Notes under the pieces: model-generated | What the model saw: the letters and a program-made list of their open reading frames with translations, nothing else | What the model was told of the DNA's origin: nothing | Database searches by the model: none | Program-made: the position numbers and the translations under genes | Shown here: piece after piece, positions 49,938 to 58,332 of the stretch | Layout of the letters: every line of letters begins with the position of its first letter | Position numbering within the stretch: position 1 is the stretch's first letter | NCBI GenBank assembly: GCA_032128115.1 | Contig: JAQBHB010000034.1 | Location: 1 to 58,332 of the forward strand | DNA length: 58,332 nucleotides | Origin: Deltaproteobacteria bacterium | GTDB lineage: Bacteria; Myxococcota_A; UBA9160; SMWR01 | Direction of reading: 5' to 3'

Positions 49938-52214
49938 GTGAGCGATCAAGGCAGGCAGAGCGAAGACCTCAAATCCTCGACCATCATGCTGGTCGACGAC
50001 GAGCCGACCGTGATCGAGGTCCTCCAGGTGTTCCTGGAGGACTATGGATACAGCCGGTTCGTGTCGACCACCGACTCGACGACGGCGATGGCTCTCGCCG
50101 CGGAGAGCCGGCCGGATGTCCTGCTCCTCGACCTGAAAATGCCCCACGTGGACGGGCTCGAGATTCTCAGCGCCATCCGCAGCAGCGATGATCTCAAGCA
50201 CATTCCGGTCATCCTGCTGACGGCCTCCGAAGACGAAGACACGAAGCGCAGGGCTCTGGGGCTCGGGGCCACCGACTTCCTGACCAAGCCCGCGGACCCG
50301 AGTGAGTTGGCGCTTCGACTGCGAAACGCATTGGCCGCCAAGGCGAATCAGGATCGTCTCACTCACCTGTTCGAGGAATTCGAACGACCCGAAACCCCCG
50401 CCCGCCCGAAGCGAGAGGACGCCCCCGTCGTTGCCCGGCTCGAGGCGAAGGTGGCGGAGCTGACGGCCGAGCTCGACCGCATGCGAAGCGCGGCTGTGCA
50501 GCCACGTCGGGTCGACATCGAAACGCCAGTCGAAGCCCACAAGGACGCGACCATCCTGTTGGTGGACGACGAAGAGACCACGATCGACGTGGTCCAGGCG
50601 TTTCTCGAGCAACAGGGATACAACCGGTTCGTCCGGACCACGAATCCGCACCAGGCGCTGGATCTGATTTCGAAGCACGAACCGGATGTCGTGCTCCTCG
50701 ACCTGAACATGCCCGGGGTTGGCGGCCTCGAGATCCTCGCTTCGATTCGAAAGGACGAGGCGCTGAAGCGCATGCCGGTGCTGATCCTCACCGCCTCTAC
50801 GGACGTGGGTGCAAAGCTCGAGGCCCTGGAGCTCGGAGCCAGCGACTTCCTGAGCAAGCCCGTCGATTCAAGCGAGCTGGCACTTCGATTGCGCAACACC
50901 CTGGCCGCGAAGGCCTACCAGGATCGCCTGGCCGACACCGATGCCCTGACGGGGCTGCCCAACCGGCGGCGGTTCCTGCAGCTTCTGGAGCAATCCCTGG
51001 AGCGCGCGAGCCGCGAGTCCGCGCCGTGCAGCGTGCTCGAGATCGACCTCGACCGCTTCAAGCAGATCAACGACACCCTGGGACACGGTGCCGGCGATGC
51101 GTTGCTCAAGGCCGTGGCGGGCCGGATCCAGAGCGGCGCGAAGGGTCTCCTGTCGCGGCTGGGCGGAGATGAGTTCTCCCTGATCCTTCCCGGCGTGGGT
51201 GATGCGGAGTCCGCCTCCCGGGTGGCCCAGGCCATCGTCGACGAACTGGATGAGCCGTTCTGCGTGGATGGGCAGGATCTCTTCGTGGCGTGCAGCATCG
51301 GGATCGCCGTCTTCCCGAAGGACGGCGACAACATGGAGACGCTGCTCAAGCATGCGAACGTTGCCATGTCGTTTGCCAAGCGCGGCGGACAGGCCCCCTA
51401 TCAGTTCTATCACGAGTCGCTCAACGCCCAGGCCGAGGAACGCCTGCACCTGGAAAGCGCGCTGCGGGGAGCCCTCTACTGCGACGAGATGGCGCTCCAT
51501 TTTCAGCCCCAGGTGGATCTTGCGAGCGGGCGAATCGTCGCGGCAGAGGCGCTGATGCGCTGGAAACACCCGGAGCTGGGCCTCCTGCCCGCGGCTGAAT
51601 TCCTTCCCCTCGCGCAGGGGACCGATCTCATCCGGTCACTCGGAGACTGGGCCCTGCAGGAGGCGTGTCGCCAGGCCCGGAAGTGGCTGGACTCCGGACA
51701 CCCGGACATTCGGATGTGCGTGAACGTTGCCACGGGCCAGTTTCGAGCGGGAACCCTGGTCGAGACGATCCGGGCAGCTCTTGGGGACAGTGGCCTGACC
51801 GGGGCATGCCTCACGTTGGAGCTCAGCGAGGGACATCTCCTGGAGAATCCCCAGAAGACGGCGTCGACGCTCGCCGAGCTGAGGGACCTGGGTGTCAAGA
51901 TCGTCATCGACGGCTTCGGAACGGGCCATTCGTCGCTGGCCGATCTGAAGCGCCTGCCAGTGGACGAGTTGAAGATCCACGGTTCCCTGATCGCAGGCGT
52001 TATCGAGAACGATGCGGACGCGGCGATCGTGTCTGCGATCATCGGACTGGCGCACAGTCTCGGCCTCACGGTCGTGGCGGAAGCCGTCGAGACCGAGGAT
52101 CAGCTGGCGTTTCTCGCGAGCCGCGGCTGCGATGGGTACCAGGGGCGCCTCTTCAGCCGCCCCGTTCCGCCCGGGGACTGGGCGGCGCTTCTCGAAGATC
52201 CTGCCGTGTCGTAG
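49938..52214 (+). CDS. REC-REC-GGDEF-EAL signalling protein
   Basis: Two receivers (LVDDE...LLDL.MP...KP), DALTGLPNRR, RLGGDEF, AEALMRW. Confidence 0.92.
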   Translation: MSDQGRQSEDLKSSTIMLVDDEPTVIEVLQVFLEDYGYSRFVSTTDSTTAMALAAESRPDVLLLDLKMPHVDGLEILSAIRSSDDLKHIPVILLTASEDEDTKRRALGLGATDFLTKPADPSELALRLRNALAAKANQDRLTHLFEEFERPETPARPKREDAPVVARLEAKVAELTAELDRMRSAAVQPRRVDIETPVEAHKDATILLVDDEETTIDVVQAFLEQQGYNRFVRTTNPHQALDLISKHEPDVVLLDLNMPGVGGLEILASIRKDEALKRMPVLILTASTDVGAKLEALELGASDFLSKPVDSSELALRLRNTLAAKAYQDRLADTDALTGLPNRRRFLQLLEQSLERASRESAPCSVLEIDLDRFKQINDTLGHGAGDALLKAVAGRIQSGAKGLLSRLGGDEFSLILPGVGDAESASRVAQAIVDELDEPFCVDGQDLFVACSIGIAVFPKDGDNMETLLKHANVAMSFAKRGGQAPYQFYHESLNAQAEERLHLESALRGALYCDEMALHFQPQVDLASGRIVAAEALMRWKHPELGLLPAAEFLPLAQGTDLIRSLGDWALQEACRQARKWLDSGHPDIRMCVNVATGQFRAGTLVETIRAALGDSGLTGACLTLELSEGHLLENPQKTASTLAELRDLGVKIVIDGFGTGHSSLADLKRLPVDELKIHGSLIAGVIENDADAAIVSAIIGLAHSLGLTVVAEAVETEDQLAFLASRGCDGYQGRLFSRPVPPGDWAALLEDPAVS

Positions 52215-52299
52215 GCGTAAGGCACCAGATCGACAGATCCATCTTGATTACGGACGAGCGCAAGCGTAGGCTTACGCGGGTTCAATCCAAGGAGGGACC

Positions 52300-52872
52300 A
52301 TGTCGATTCGCACACTCGCTCTCGCAGTGACCCTGATTGCCCTGGTGGCGGCCCCGGCGGGCGCCGAGCAGGGAGCGGACTACGCCCGCTCCGGCGCCTA
52401 CGTAGGTGGCGGCCTGGCCGTCGCCATTGCCGACATCGACAACCGGGCATTCACGTCCGACTTCGACACGGGCATCGGCTTCGATGCCTACGCGGGCTAC
52501 CGCATTTCCCCCCACTTCGCGACCGAGCTCGAGATCGAGTACGTGGATCGTGTCAACATAAGCGGAGGAACCATCGGACCCAAGGGCAACCTCATGGCCT
52601 TCACGGGAAACGTGAAGGGCTACATCCTGACGGGACGATTCCAGCCCTTCGCCCTGGCCGGGTTGGGCCTGAACTGGGCGGGTGGGGGTCTGAACCAAAG
52701 CAAAATACACAAGGACCAGTCCGGTCTGGGCTTTCGCTTCGGCGCCGGCTTCGACTACTACCTCGACGAAAACTGGTCTCTGGGGTCGACGGCGAGCTAC
52801 GTGCTGGGAACCGGCAACGTCAAGAACATGGACTGGTGGAGCGTCGTCATGGGAGCGCAGTACCGCTTCTGA
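52300..52872 (+). CDS. Outer membrane beta-barrel protein (OmpA-like TM domain)
   Basis: AAGGAGG SD, signal peptide, GAYVGGG, AGYR, QPFALAGLG, C-terminal GAQYRF. Confidence 0.85.
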   Translation: MSIRTLALAVTLIALVAAPAGAEQGADYARSGAYVGGGLAVAIADIDNRAFTSDFDTGIGFDAYAGYRISPHFATELEIEYVDRVNISGGTIGPKGNLMAFTGNVKGYILTGRFQPFALAGLGLNWAGGGLNQSKIHKDQSGLGFRFGAGFDYYLDENWSLGSTASYVLGTGNVKNMDWWSVVMGAQYRF

Positions 52873-54418
52873 TCCCGCGGCCCGTGATGCGCACGGTTCG
52901 CCCGTGTACACCGCGCTGGTGGTGGAACGCGCAGAGGGTCGTCTGGTTCTCGAGTGCATCCGAGCCTCCCGCCGAGCGGAACACGATGTGGTGGGCGTGC
53001 AGGTTCCGGCGGCCGCTGCAGCCCGGCACCGTGCGGCGCCCACACGCGGATCCGGACGGGGCCGACGGGGTCCGTCGGTCGCGCACACATTGCCGCCCGT
53101 CCTGTTCGTCGGTTTCCTGTTCGCCGGTCTCGTCTCTGCTCGTGAGCGACGCGTCCAACGCTTCGGGGCCTTCGAGGCCCCGCTCCCAGCGCCGGGGATC
53201 CGACTCGCGCAGCCACAGGGCCTGGTCCACCAGCTCGTCGAGCCGCCGCACCGTGACCTGCGAGGCCCAGGCCACCCAGGCCTGACGCCAGTTGCCACTC
53301 GCCTGAACCAGTAGCAGCGGCGCGAGGATCTGGGCCTGCAGCCACGAGAGCCTGCCGTCGCGATAGGCGGCCCGCAGTTCGGGGCAGACGTCGCCCACCT
53401 GCTCGAGTCGCACCAGCGCCCGGGCCTTGCGCGGCGACATGCCCAGGTGCTCGCGGGCGAACGCCGAGAGCGTGTGATGGCGCCGGCGCCAGGCGAAGCC
53501 CGCCTGGGACACGTGGCGTAGGAGGGGGGCAATCTCGGCATCCAGGCGCTGTTCGAGTCGGATGGCCCGGCGCAGGCGGGCGTCGAGCGCGAAGGCGTCG
53601 GCCCCGTTGAGGTCCCGAAGGAAGGGACGGAGGAAGCGCGGAAGCTCGGCTCGCTCGCACTCGATGTCTGGTGCGCAGGGCTCTGCCGCGCACACGGCCT
53701 CCGCACGTCTCGGCGGCCGCCTCGATTCTGATGCCGCGACAGCTGGCACGTGCCACGAGGTTCCTTGGCACGCGCTCCCGGCGAGACCTTCGGCGACGAC
53801 CCGAACAGGAAGCGCCGAGAGCGCCTCGGCCGTCAGCAGCTCGAGTGCCACGGCAGGCGACGTCGGCTCGCCGGCCACCTTTGCCGAGTTTCGCAGCGTG
53901 TGCCGCCATTTGAGCGCGAGGCCAAACGGGGCGCTCAGGCGGACCCATTCGCGAGCTTCCGGTTCCCCGCCTTCCTCGTCCGTTGCCACGGCCCCCGCCT
54001 CGAGCGCCCCGCGATCGACCACGCGACACGCGCGCTCGAGGGCGCGCACATTGAGGCAGCCCGCCCTCGCAATCCACGAGGCCTCATCCTCGCCCGAGAC
54101 GAATCGGGCCAGCAGCCGAACCTTGCTCCAGGGAAGCATGCCCGAGACGAGCGCCGACTCCAGCCGCGGGAGCTCGCCGAGCGCCCGATCGACATGCGCG
54201 AATTCCTGGAGCGAGCGGACCGAGAGCCCCAGGCGTTCACGAGCGTAGTCGCCGAGCCGTGCATAGCCGAGCCGCTCCCAGCTCCGAGCGGCGACGAGCC
54301 GTCCTGCCAGTGCCGCCACCACCCGCCGCAGCGGACCGGCCGAGTGCGCCAGCTCGATGAGCCTCCGCTCCGGCTCGAGCGGCGCTGCGGGCGCAGCGAT
54401 GGCAGACGGCGCAGCCAT
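52847..54418 (-). CDS. HNH endonuclease with DUF222-like N-terminal region, possibly degraded
   Basis: VPGC..RRNLHAHHIVFRSAGGSD..NQTTLCAFHH; two related modules YARERLGLS and FAREHLGMS. Confidence 0.75.
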   Translation of the reverse strand: MAAPSAIAAPAAPLEPERRLIELAHSAGPLRRVVAALAGRLVAARSWERLGYARLGDYARERLGLSVRSLQEFAHVDRALGELPRLESALVSGMLPWSKVRLLARFVSGEDEASWIARAGCLNVRALERACRVVDRGALEAGAVATDEEGGEPEAREWVRLSAPFGLALKWRHTLRNSAKVAGEPTSPAVALELLTAEALSALPVRVVAEGLAGSACQGTSWHVPAVAASESRRPPRRAEAVCAAEPCAPDIECERAELPRFLRPFLRDLNGADAFALDARLRRAIRLEQRLDAEIAPLLRHVSQAGFAWRRRHHTLSAFAREHLGMSPRKARALVRLEQVGDVCPELRAAYRDGRLSWLQAQILAPLLLVQASGNWRQAWVAWASQVTVRRLDELVDQALWLRESDPRRWERGLEGPEALDASLTSRDETGEQETDEQDGRQCVRDRRTPSAPSGSACGRRTVPGCSGRRNLHAHHIVFRSAGGSDALENQTTLCAFHHQRGVHGRTVRITGRGIRSGTALP

Positions 54419-54436
54419 GGGAGGTCCTCGATGCAC

Positions 54437-54458
54437 ATCCTAGGACGGTGCTGTGACA
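54437..54458 (-). promoter_or_regulatory. Putative promoter TGTCAC-N10-TAGGAT of the HNH gene
   Basis: Spacing matches the TGTCGG-N10-TA-N3-T layout; ends about 19 bp upstream of ATG 54418. Confidence 0.45.
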
Positions 54459-54582
54459 GGGACGGTCACGGACCCTCGAGAAGCGCAGGGCAGGGGGGGG
54501 TCGCGCGGCTCGGCGCCCGAAGCCGTGGCGTCGCGTTCGCGGGTTGCGCGTCGGATCGGAGGCCTTACCCTGTGGGGCGTGT

Positions 54583-54942
54583 GGGGGCGATCGGCTTCGA
54601 CGGGTGGTCGAAGGTGAGCGCTGCGTGCCGACGTCGTCGTACCGTCGTTAAACAGGCGGCAAGTTGGTAGTACAACTGCCGACACGAACTACGCAATCGC
54701 TGCCTAGCTGAAACTGGGTTAGCGACGCCCGTCCGTGACGCCTTCTAGCGGGTCGCGGGTGTCATCAGGAGGCTGGTGTCCGGAACGCTGCTCCTACGAG
54801 CCGGATGCGAGAACAACTGGAGCTGGGTGCGAGCGGCCCTGATTCCGAGGCGGCTCGTACCGAGATGATTCGGAGTCTACGCACGTAGACGCGCTGATTG
54901 GACGCCATGCGGACGCGGGTTCGATTCCCGCCGCCTCCACCA
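54583..54942 (+). ncRNA. ssrA: tmRNA (transfer-messenger RNA); tag reading frame 54678-54707 encodes ADTNYAIAA
   Basis: 5' GGGGGCG...TTCGAC; 3' GGACGCGGGTTCGATTCCCGCCGCCTCCACCA (T-arm, acceptor stem with G-U pair, CCA); tag ends YAIAA*. Confidence 0.96.
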
Positions 54943-54984
54943 TTTTTCATTGTAAAAACAGATAGTTATAAGGATGTTCGCGTC

Positions 54985-55006
54985 CTGGAGGAACACTGGA
55001 GGAACA
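54985..55006 (+). repeat. 11-bp tandem direct repeat next to the ssrA 3' end (candidate integrase arm-type sites)
   Basis: CTGGAGGAACA x2; inverted partial copy GATGTTC at 54973. Confidence 0.7.
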
Positions 55007-55013
55007 TCGAGCC

Positions 55014-55898
55014 TCAGGTCCTCCTGTCGATCGATGTCTTCGCTGAGCGCATTCTCGGGCGTCTGATGGCCTCTACGAGCGCGTGGTCTGCCAGCTTCGC
55101 GTACACTTCGGTGCTCCTCTTGTCGCGATGCCCGCACAGCCGTTGGATTACGTCGAGCGGGACGCCCTGGCGGCGAAGCTCTGTAGCAGTCGAGTGCTTC
55201 GTTCCGCGGTAGAGGCTGATGCGGACCCCAACGATCTCGCACGCCCGATACCACTGACGACGGAGAGCCGCCTCGCTCCAAGGGCCGCTGGTTCTCGGGT
55301 TCGTGAACAACACCTCTCCCCTAAGGCGCTTCTCTTTGCCTACCCACTTTTCGATCCAGTCGAGAAGTTCGTCAGGCAGGGGCAATGTCTTGGGCTCGTC
55401 GTTCTTCGTGGGTTTCTCGCCGGATCCGAGCGTTCGATCCGCACGACTCACGTCCACGGTGATCCAGCCGTCGCCACGGAGCTGGCGGGCGGCCATCGCC
55501 ACGGCTTCGCTCGGCCGGACGCATAGAAGCGCCATCGCGAGGTAGACGCCCCGTGCCTCTTCCGGGATGGCGTCGAGGATCGCGCGCTGCGTGCTCGGTC
55601 CGATCACCTGGGGGTGCGTCGTGCGCTTCTTCGGCCACATCAGCTTGGGAACGCGCTCAAGCTCCTCGATTTCGACGAGCCAAGCGAGGAAGGCCTGGAA
55701 ACCAGCAACGACATTCCATGCGGTCTTGCCCTGGATGCCCCGAAGGCGCAACCACCGCAGGAACTCCTTGGACGCCGCCGGGCCGACGAGCAAGATGGAG
55801 CGGTTTCGCCAGAAGTCGAAGTGCCCTCCGCGCTTTGACCAGCGGCGGTACTCACGCAGCGTTCGCGGTGCCCGCTCACCGGCACGGACTTTCTCATC
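55014..55898 (-). pseudogene. Tyrosine recombinase/integrase, 5'-truncated at the IS21 end
   Basis: APRTLREY core-binding region, LCVRPSEA, TKN, KHSTATEL...IQRLCGH...TEVY; no start codon region, the frame runs into the IS inverted repeat at 55899. Confidence 0.85.
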
Positions 55899-56023
55899 TG
55901 TCCAGGGACATGATCTCTTGCGCGCTAAGAGGACGGCTACTTTTGCGCACCTCTCTGGTTCATGGTCTTCTTCTCTTCCCCGAAGGGCGGAGGCCCCCTT
56001 GGGCCGAACGTCCTTCGCCGTGG

Positions 56024-56824
56024 CTATGAGGCCGTCTGCGCCGCAGCCACCCGCTCGAGCTCCCTCAGTCGGTAGCTGCGGCCCGTGATGTTGAGCACGT
56101 GGCTGCGGTGGAGCAGCCGGTCCAGGATCGCGGTGGCCAGCACCTCGTCGCCGGCCAGCACCTCCGGCCACTCGCTGATCCCCTTGTTCGTCGTGATCAG
56201 GATCGAGCCGCGCCCGTAGCGGTACGACACGAGCCGGAAGAACAAGCTCGCCTCCTGGCGCGTCATCGGCTCGAAGCCCACCTCGTCGATGATCAGCAGT
56301 GCCACGTTCATGTGCTTGCGGCGTCGCAGACGCTGCGAGCTCACATCCGCATCGCGCTTCAGTGCGTCCAGCAGGTCTTCGAGCCGGTGGAACGCGACGG
56401 AGAACCCGTTCTCGACCGCGCGCACTCCGAGCGCGATCGCCAGGTGCGTCTTGCCGACACCCGGCGGTCCCTGCATCAACAGCGACTCCTTCTCGCGGAT
56501 CCACGAGCACGTAGCCAAGGTCTCGATGCGGCTCCGCTCCACGCTCGGCTGGAACGCGAAGTCGAAGGTGCCGAGCGTCTGTCCCGTTGGCAGGCCCGAC
56601 AACCGAAGCGATGTCTTGATCCGTCGCTCCTCGCGCACCTGCAGCTCGTGATCGAGCAGCTGGTCGAGGAAGCGGTGCGGCGGCCAGCCGTCCTTGACCG
56701 CATCGCCCAGCGTCCCGGCCAGGTGGTCCGTCGCATGCACGAGGCCCAGCCGTCCGAGCTTCTCGCGTGTCGCGTCGAGGTCGACCTTCGGGGCCGCCTT
56801 CTTCGCCACGGGGTTCGCCGTCAT
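56024..56824 (-). CDS. istB: IS21 helper ATPase IstB
   Basis: FDFAFQP, GPPGVGKTHLA, LLIIDEVG, ITTNK, AILDRLLH, GRSYRL; ATG overlaps the istA stop. Confidence 0.95.
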   Translation of the reverse strand: MTANPVAKKAAPKVDLDATREKLGRLGLVHATDHLAGTLGDAVKDGWPPHRFLDQLLDHELQVREERRIKTSLRLSGLPTGQTLGTFDFAFQPSVERSRIETLATCSWIREKESLLMQGPPGVGKTHLAIALGVRAVENGFSVAFHRLEDLLDALKRDADVSSQRLRRRKHMNVALLIIDEVGFEPMTRQEASLFFRLVSYRYGRGSILITTNKGISEWPEVLAGDEVLATAILDRLLHRSHVLNITGRSYRLRELERVAAAQTAS

Positions 56825-58095
56825 CGCGCCACCTCCGCCAGTGCTGCATACAGATCGAGCGGCCGCCGCTCGGGCACCAGCGCCGCGATCTCCTCGAGGC
56901 GACGACCCATCTTGCCGAGCGGCACCGGAGCCGCGACCCGTTCGTCGCCGGGCCCCTCGTAGTGCGCGGGGTCGATCAGCAACCTCGACCGTGTGCGCCG
57001 CGGGTGGCTCGCCACGACCTTCCCGTCGGTCCACATCTGCACGGCCTCCGCACAGCCGCGCACCTCGAGCTCGCGCTCGGCGTAGACGAACGGCACGCTG
57101 TAGGTGCGCCCCTCGAAGCGCACCGTCGCGTCGAGGCCCACGCGTCGACGCTGCACCAGGTCGAACGGTTCGGGCAACGGGCTCGGAAGCGGGCTCAGAT
57201 GACGACGCTCGGCCTCGTAGCTCACCAGCACCGACTCCCCCGTCACCGGGCAGGTACGCCGTCGCGCGTCCGAGACCACTTGCTCGTCCGTCCACGCCTG
57301 TAGCTCGCCCACGTCGCGCCACTCGCGACTCGTCGGGTCGAACGAGGCACGGTGGCCCTGGATGCGACGCTCCACCTTGCCCTTGTCGCCCGGGCAACGC
57401 GGACGTGAGGCGTCGACGTGGAAGCGAAGCGCTCGGGCGTACTCCTTGTAGGTCTTGTTGATCTCGCCCCAGGGGCCGGCTCCCTTGGCCACGGCCGTCT
57501 TGACGTTGTCGACGCGCAGCACGGCGGCAACCCCGCCCAGCCTTCGCAGCGCCTCGTTGTGCACGTGCAGCCATGCCAGCTGATCGGCTCGCTCCGACCA
57601 CACCACCGCTTCCATCCGCGAGTGCGACAGCACCAGGTGGAAGGCGTGAAGCGGGATCGTCTCGCCACTCACACGCATCTGCGGGAACTCCGCCCAGTCG
57701 ACCTGGCCTTGCGCACCGGGCGGGGTCTCCACCCGGCGACGAGCTCGGGCCTTCGGCCTCGGGTAGTGCGCCCTCACGTAACGCTGCACCGACTTGTAGC
57801 TGCCCGTGTAGGCGTGATCATGGACCAGCCGCTCGTAGAGCAGCTGGAGGTTCACACCACCGCGTTCGTTGCGGGCGGCCTCCTTGAGGAACTGCTCGAT
57901 CACACCCGACATCGCCTCAGCTCGGAACGGCTTGCCCGATCGGCCGTCGGGCAACCCCGCGCTCAGCCGCTTCAGCCGGTAGCGCACCGCGTTCTCCCGG
58001 ATCTCCAGCTGTCGGGCGATCGCCCGGTTCGACAAACCTCGTTCGTGAAGGACCTGGATCGTCATGACTTCCTCTCGCTTCAGTCGTCGACCCAT
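56821..58095 (-). CDS. istA: IS21 transposase IstA
   Basis: N-terminal HTH, ETPPGAQGQVDW, LSHSR, VDNVKTAV, KGKVER, YSVP. Confidence 0.95.
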   Translation of the reverse strand: MGRRLKREEVMTIQVLHERGLSNRAIARQLEIRENAVRYRLKRLSAGLPDGRSGKPFRAEAMSGVIEQFLKEAARNERGGVNLQLLYERLVHDHAYTGSYKSVQRYVRAHYPRPKARARRRVETPPGAQGQVDWAEFPQMRVSGETIPLHAFHLVLSHSRMEAVVWSERADQLAWLHVHNEALRRLGGVAAVLRVDNVKTAVAKGAGPWGEINKTYKEYARALRFHVDASRPRCPGDKGKVERRIQGHRASFDPTSREWRDVGELQAWTDEQVVSDARRRTCPVTGESVLVSYEAERRHLSPLPSPLPEPFDLVQRRRVGLDATVRFEGRTYSVPFVYAERELEVRGCAEAVQMWTDGKVVASHPRRTRSRLLIDPAHYEGPGDERVAAPVPLGKMGRRLEEIAALVPERRPLDLYAALAEVAR

Positions 58096-58191
58096 GAACG
58101 ATCCCCCCTGTGGGGATCGTGGGCCGCCGCTCAACGAGAGGTGCGCAAAACTTCGTGTCCTCTTACCTCGCGAATATCACGTCCGGGGACA

Positions 58192-58332
58192 ATCCGGACC
58201 GACAACGGGGCTCCATTCGCTTCAACGGGAATCCACGGGCTGTGTGAACTCAATGTCTGGTGGATGAAACTCGGCATCGTTCATCAGAGAATCCGCCCTT
58301 CGAGTCCGCAACAGAACGGCCAACACGAGCGC
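58192..58332 (+). pseudogene. Fragment of an IS481-like (rve core) transposase, truncated at the IS21 end
   Basis: Translation from 58192 (not in the ORF track): IRTDNGAPFASTGIHGLCELNVWWMKLGIVHQRIRPSSPQQNGQHER, with DNG and QNG..ER DDE-core motifs. Confidence 0.8.

Larger units (their letters stand above)
55899..58191 (-). mobile_element. IS21-family insertion sequence (2293 bp)
   Basis: TG...CA ends; about 56-bp imperfect terminal IRs (TGTCCAGGGACATGAT vs TGTCCCCGGACGTGAT, both followed by TAAGAGGAC and TTTTGCGCACCTCTC); contains istA-istB. Confidence 0.92.

Noticed and set aside
54911..54942. tRNA gene
   Set aside because: This T-arm and CCA end is the tRNA-like domain of tmRNA; there is no anticodon arm.
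55014..56849. 611-aa ORF suggesting a novel long integrase fusion
   Set aside because: The N-terminal half is an off-frame reading of istB and the IS inverted repeat; integrase-like sequence starts only at 55898.
55896..58194. ATC on both sides of the IS21 as a target-site duplication
   Set aside because: Only 3 bp, shorter than typical for IS21, and the flanks do not rejoin into one gene.

Overview
A high-GC bacterial chromosomal segment, probably Myxococcota/deltaproteobacterial. That assignment is inferred from the stand-alone MshEN protein, FHA-DUF4388 protein, bactofilin, RpoH-like sigma factor and GldAFG-DUF4340-type ABC operon. Bases 1-35.2 kb are mostly core genes: an opp-type peptide ABC transporter, hisI, a TetR + GldA/F/G-like ABC operon, holB-metG-tatD-suhB, a moaD-moaE fusion and moaB, rpoH, pepA, tolQRAB-cpoB (no pal), dksA-tsaD-rsmA, a structured attenuator-like leader before panBC, and smpB. 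Between smpB and ssrA (tmRNA, 54583-54942, tag ADTNYAIAA) lies a ~19 kb accessory cell-envelope block. Its most interesting part is a three-gene operon with overlapping reading frames: a giant secreted protein (14 RCC1-like repeats, TSP3 repeats, dockerin-like C-terminus), a filamentous-haemagglutinin-like protein, and a PEP-CTERM-anchored protein that appears to share a Cys-containing domain with the giant protein. The operon is flanked by a GT-C glycosyltransferase, a His-motif membrane protein and a membrane SAM-dependent transferase. After ssrA begins an integrated element: att-like accessory sites, a 5'-truncated tyrosine integrase, a complete IS21-family element (55899-58191) with non-matching flanks, and an IS481-like transposase fragment. 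Several gene junctions carry short tandem duplications that create translationally coupled mini-ORFs. No CRISPR array, rRNA or tRNA was seen. All product calls come from motif recognition by eye; no database searches were run.
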